Shown piece by piece: positions 60,901 through 64,000 of a stretch of DNA of 64,000 nucleotides. Position numbers and translations under genes: made by a program. Source of the stretch: Ascidiella aspersa (lineage: Eukaryota); assembly GCA_963924565.1 (NCBI GenBank), contig OZ004609.1, positions 31,744,001 to 31,808,000 on the forward strand. Reading direction: 5' to 3'. The notes below the pieces were generated by a model. It was not told the origin of the DNA. It worked only from the letters and a program-made list of their open reading frames with translations, and ran no database searches. Each line of letters begins with the position of its first letter. Position 1 is the first letter of the stretch.

Positions 60901-63732
60901 GTTGAGCGTAAAATTGTCTTCAAGTTCTCGGGTTTTGTGTCACAAAAATGCCTCGCCTTTCCATTTCTCTTTTTTCTCTTACATTTAAAGTTGTCTTGCT
61001 ACCACTTGTCGTAACTGATGACTTTGGGTGCGCAAGATCAATTAGCAATTTATTTGCCTATTTCTCTTGTTATCGACTGTACAACATTTTACTTTAGTTT
61101 TCCAGTTTTGTTTCCAAGCCTCTGCTTTATAATGTTTTCGATAGTTTCCTCGTGATTTGATGTGCTTTTTAAAGAAAATTAGTATAAATTTTAAAGTTTG
61201 CCCGTCCGATAAATGACGTCTTGCATGCCACAGCTGATCTAACTGCGCAAATGACATTAAATCGTCCGGCATCAACAATAACAAAATTTTCACAACCAAC
61301 TTTTCAATAAAATCTCCTAGATCTTATCACAATACCTATCACTAGCGCTGCATGTTTTTGCTATTTCTGGCTATAACATGAACAAACTTGACACAATTAG
61401 CGTCGACTGTCGAGCGACAACATAAACCCAAGGCAAAGGTTAGTGAGCCGGGGGGCAAGGGGAAAAGCTGACAAGCCTAAAGTCAACTGTAGCATACGCA
61501 TCAGCTGCCAGCGCGGATCGTGTATCAGGAGAAGCAAGCCAAGCTCCGCGAAGCGTCTCGCTTTAAGCGTGAAGACATGCCGTTGTTCCTGACGGTAATG
61601 CATCCGACGCTAAAAGCAGAGGAAAAACTCATAACAACCCGCAAGGCGCGGGGCCAACGTTACCACACAACAATGGCTAGACTGTCCTCAATTGTACTGT
61701 GTTGGTTGTTTGACGACAACTCGTCTACTTATGTGAAACTGACAAATGGCGGCTTTCGTTTGCAACTATTTGCATTGTGTCTTCTCAGGAACCAGGTCAA
61801 AGAGAAGTTTAGCTTTTAGGCAACTGAATAATTATTTTAGCCTTTTGAGTCGATAGTTTATCACCCTTACTAAAGTATTTACATTTTTTTAGCATTTAAA
61901 AGCTTGATCCGAGACCAAAATGACTCATTTTGATCAATGATTTTGACCCGAGAAAATAGGTGGATCCGCCATTTAAAAAAGGCATCGTTATTCCGTTTTT
62001 GAATATAATTTTATAGTTTATAATAAATGCAAACCTGTACATCTAGTTTGCCCTTTAAAGGGCGTTGAATTAATTTTGTAAGAATTTCTAGTTTAAAAAT
62101 ATAATATTATAAAGACGGATACCATAATTATAAAATAGACCGAATCTCATGATTCCTTTACTTTGTTTGCTGTTATGAACGCTGCTATATTTCTCTTTTT
62201 TAATAAAAAGGTGTCACTCTGGCACAATGTTTTTGTTTACAAATCGACCTTTTCGCAATCGAAGTGCGAAGAGAAAAATAGTTCTCTGACAAATCGTCAA
62301 CCTTCATTCAGAGCTGTCGAGCGCAAAATTGGGCTCTTTGCAATTTTCAGCCATCCGTTTATGCTCTCTACACGCGCACCGAAGCGCCAGTCGCAAATTA
62401 TCACTTTCCCTTTTATGATGGCACGCCAATCACGCACTTGACCTATGACATAATCACGATGGAGAGCTTTTCACGAACACATTTCCCAGACGCTGTTGGA
62501 GGTGAGTTTTGAAAGAGCCTGTACGATATTGCTGACGAAAAACGACGTGAAAAATGACATTTAACAAAATGTCGGATTACATGTGCATGTGCCGAAACGA
62601 AATCTGATTATTACTTGTAAGGCTAACTATATATGTTATTTAGGTAGAGTAAGCAGAATATATAGTTTGTACTGGTAGTACATTTTGCCAACCGGACTGT
62701 CCATAGCCATAAGATTTTCCATTATTCTGAACAAGGCTTTACAATAGTTGCATTTAAAAACAATTCCATTAAATTATGTTTTGGACAATGGATAGTATGG
62801 GGTATGATTTCCTAACGTTGAAAATGGTTTTAACGTTACAAAAATTAAACCGAGGCATTTGGTCGTTAGATGAGTCAACGTTGTATAGCCTAGATTTGCA
62901 CTATACTAATCTGGCACGATAAAAAGCTTTATTATTAGCACACTCAGATTCCACACAACGCCACCTACCATTTTTTGCCATTTTAGCGGATATATCATTA
63001 AGTAAAATGCCAAACCTTGCGTTGAATGGATCAGAGTTTCCTCAGTGGTGGTCGTAGTTGTCGTGGTCGTGAACACCTCCACGCCCTTGCGCAATGACCT
63101 TCTTCGACCTCCCCTCCGCTTCCCTTCCAGGTTTATCCTGGCGTACAGCTGCCCGTCATCCGCGTTGGCACCGCTATCGACCAGTTGCGGGGAAGTCCTT
63201 TGCTGCTGCTGGGCGACCACAACCCCGACACTTTTGCGGCGCCTGGCGTCCGAAAGTTCCCGGCGCCGTCGGCGGGCCAACTGCTGCTGCAACTCGCCAA
63301 AGGCGTCGGCGCCCGGCGTTGAGACGCCCGATGACGTAAACATTACGTCACTGGCGCTTTTCACCTGGCGATTATACGGCGTCTTGCCAATGCCGCTACT
63401 GCTGTTATATAAGGCGTCCTGCGACGAGGCTACGTCACTCGAAGTGGCGCAGTGGCTTGTGACGTCATCACTGCCGAGGGTGCGCCGTCGCCGGTGCCGC
63501 TTGGTGGCGCTAGAGTTGCTCTGAGAGGGCAAGGTTGCGGTCTGTAGCAGATAGGGTTTGGAGTGTGGTTGTGGCTTGGCCATGACCGCTGGAGGTTCGC
63601 TTAAAAGGTTGCTGGCCGCATTTTTGTTCTTGTTTGCGGATTGCGAGGAAGTTTTTATCGCCTTTGCCCTGTTGTTGTCAGATCTGCGTTTGTGTCCGGT
63701 GACGGTGTCGCTTGATGAAGAATTTCCGTAGT
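45952..63732 (-). CDS. GRID2IP: Delphilin/GRID2IP-like formin (FH1 + FH2); 5' part lies beyond the right edge
   Basis: Exons 63732-63016, 59005-58856, 54248-53194, 52804-52537, 51959-51612 (poly-Pro FH1; VKRINWEKI...VWGQL...DVVKYLDLEEHFAT), 51157-51089 (HKKAYN), 50597-50389 (ILLAHLKLS...QLLLYAPD), 48965-48879, 48445-48290 (SRKLAKILEFVLAMGNY), 47648-47519, 47090-46982, 46438-46261 (YFGE...FF.IF..F..KFE) and 46008-45952. Phases are consistent. VKYLDLE and HKKAYN.SILLAHLKL are delphilin-type FH2 signatures. AATAAA at ~45683-45678. Confidence 0.88.
46060..46157 (+). mobile_element. Penelope-like repeat fragment with a minimal hammerhead ribozyme motif (46060-46099)
   Basis: TTAA-CTGAAGA-T-GATAC(aatctc)GTATC-GAAA-CG-TC-TTAA. 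Confidence 0.7.
51929..52250. repeat. Tandem repeat (~4 x 88 bp) overlapping the FH1-exon splice acceptor
   Basis: Unit TTACCAGTTTCTC...GTGACCTATGAAAA.TAGGAACTAAAT.TCGAC...CAAAG.GCG.AA repeats at about 88-bp spacing. Confidence 0.85.
58451..58622 (-). mobile_element. Inverted-repeat element with a minimal hammerhead motif (58538-58497, minus strand)
   Basis: Terminal inverted arms; the minus strand reads ATTAA-CTGAAGA-T-GATAC(aaagtc)GTATC-GAAA-CG-TC-TTAAT. Confidence 0.75.
59327..59495. mobile_element. Palindromic element with two oppositely oriented minimal hammerhead motifs
   Basis: Minus-strand copy 59388-59349 is intact; plus-strand copy 59436-59475 has one stem-II mismatch. The arms form a ~70-bp inverted repeat. 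Confidence 0.75.
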
Positions 63733-64000
63733 CTGCAAAAAGGCATTTGGTAAATTAGTTTAGTTCAAATAACTTCGTATTATTTTGGTTATTGGCAACG
63801 TCGTTTTTATAGGAAGTATTCGTTTTGGGCAGGTTTCAGTAATTGGCTAGCACTAGGTTTAAACCATAGTTACAAATGTGTACCTTGCTCTGTCTGTTAC
63901 AGCAGGACTTGAATAGCCAGTAAGTTTGCTAAACATCAAAACCCCGTATTCCGCGCTTAATTTCCGCTACCAGTTTCCGAATTAAATTAAACTGTTTACG

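Noticed and set aside
51629-63524. Plus-strand ORFs overlapping delphilin exons
   Set aside because: They are antisense shadows of GC-rich coding exons.

Overview
AT-rich, intron-rich eukaryotic DNA, most likely from an ascidian/tunicate (inferred from a single compact Mesp-type bHLH gene, short introns and the gene content). Left to right: (1) the 5' end of a secreted collagen-containing gene on the minus strand, running off the left edge and sharing an N-terminal DMGxCxCMC motif with the intelectin below; (2) Mesp-like bHLH gene; (3) Lsm11 (7 coding exons) followed by a degenerate tandem repeat; (4) about 20 kb with no credible intact protein gene, containing MITEs, a 5'-truncated CR1/L2-type LINE and a candidate spliced non-coding transcript (22.5-27.8 kb) whose introns hold about 3 kb of GC-rich, G-U strand-biased nested RNA structure; (5) a 15-exon collagen-intelectin gene whose lectin domain is split by a 238-aa, six-exon insert bounded by phase-1 introns; (6) three tRNA-Cys(GCA) genes; (7) the 3' part of a Delphilin/GRID2IP-like formin on the minus strand, with Penelope-type minimal hammerhead ribozyme motifs in its introns and a tandem repeat that duplicates a splice junction. 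The best candidates for something undescribed are the large structured ncRNA, the split intelectin and the exon-flanking hammerheads. All gene models and helices were worked out by eye; nothing was searched or folded computationally.
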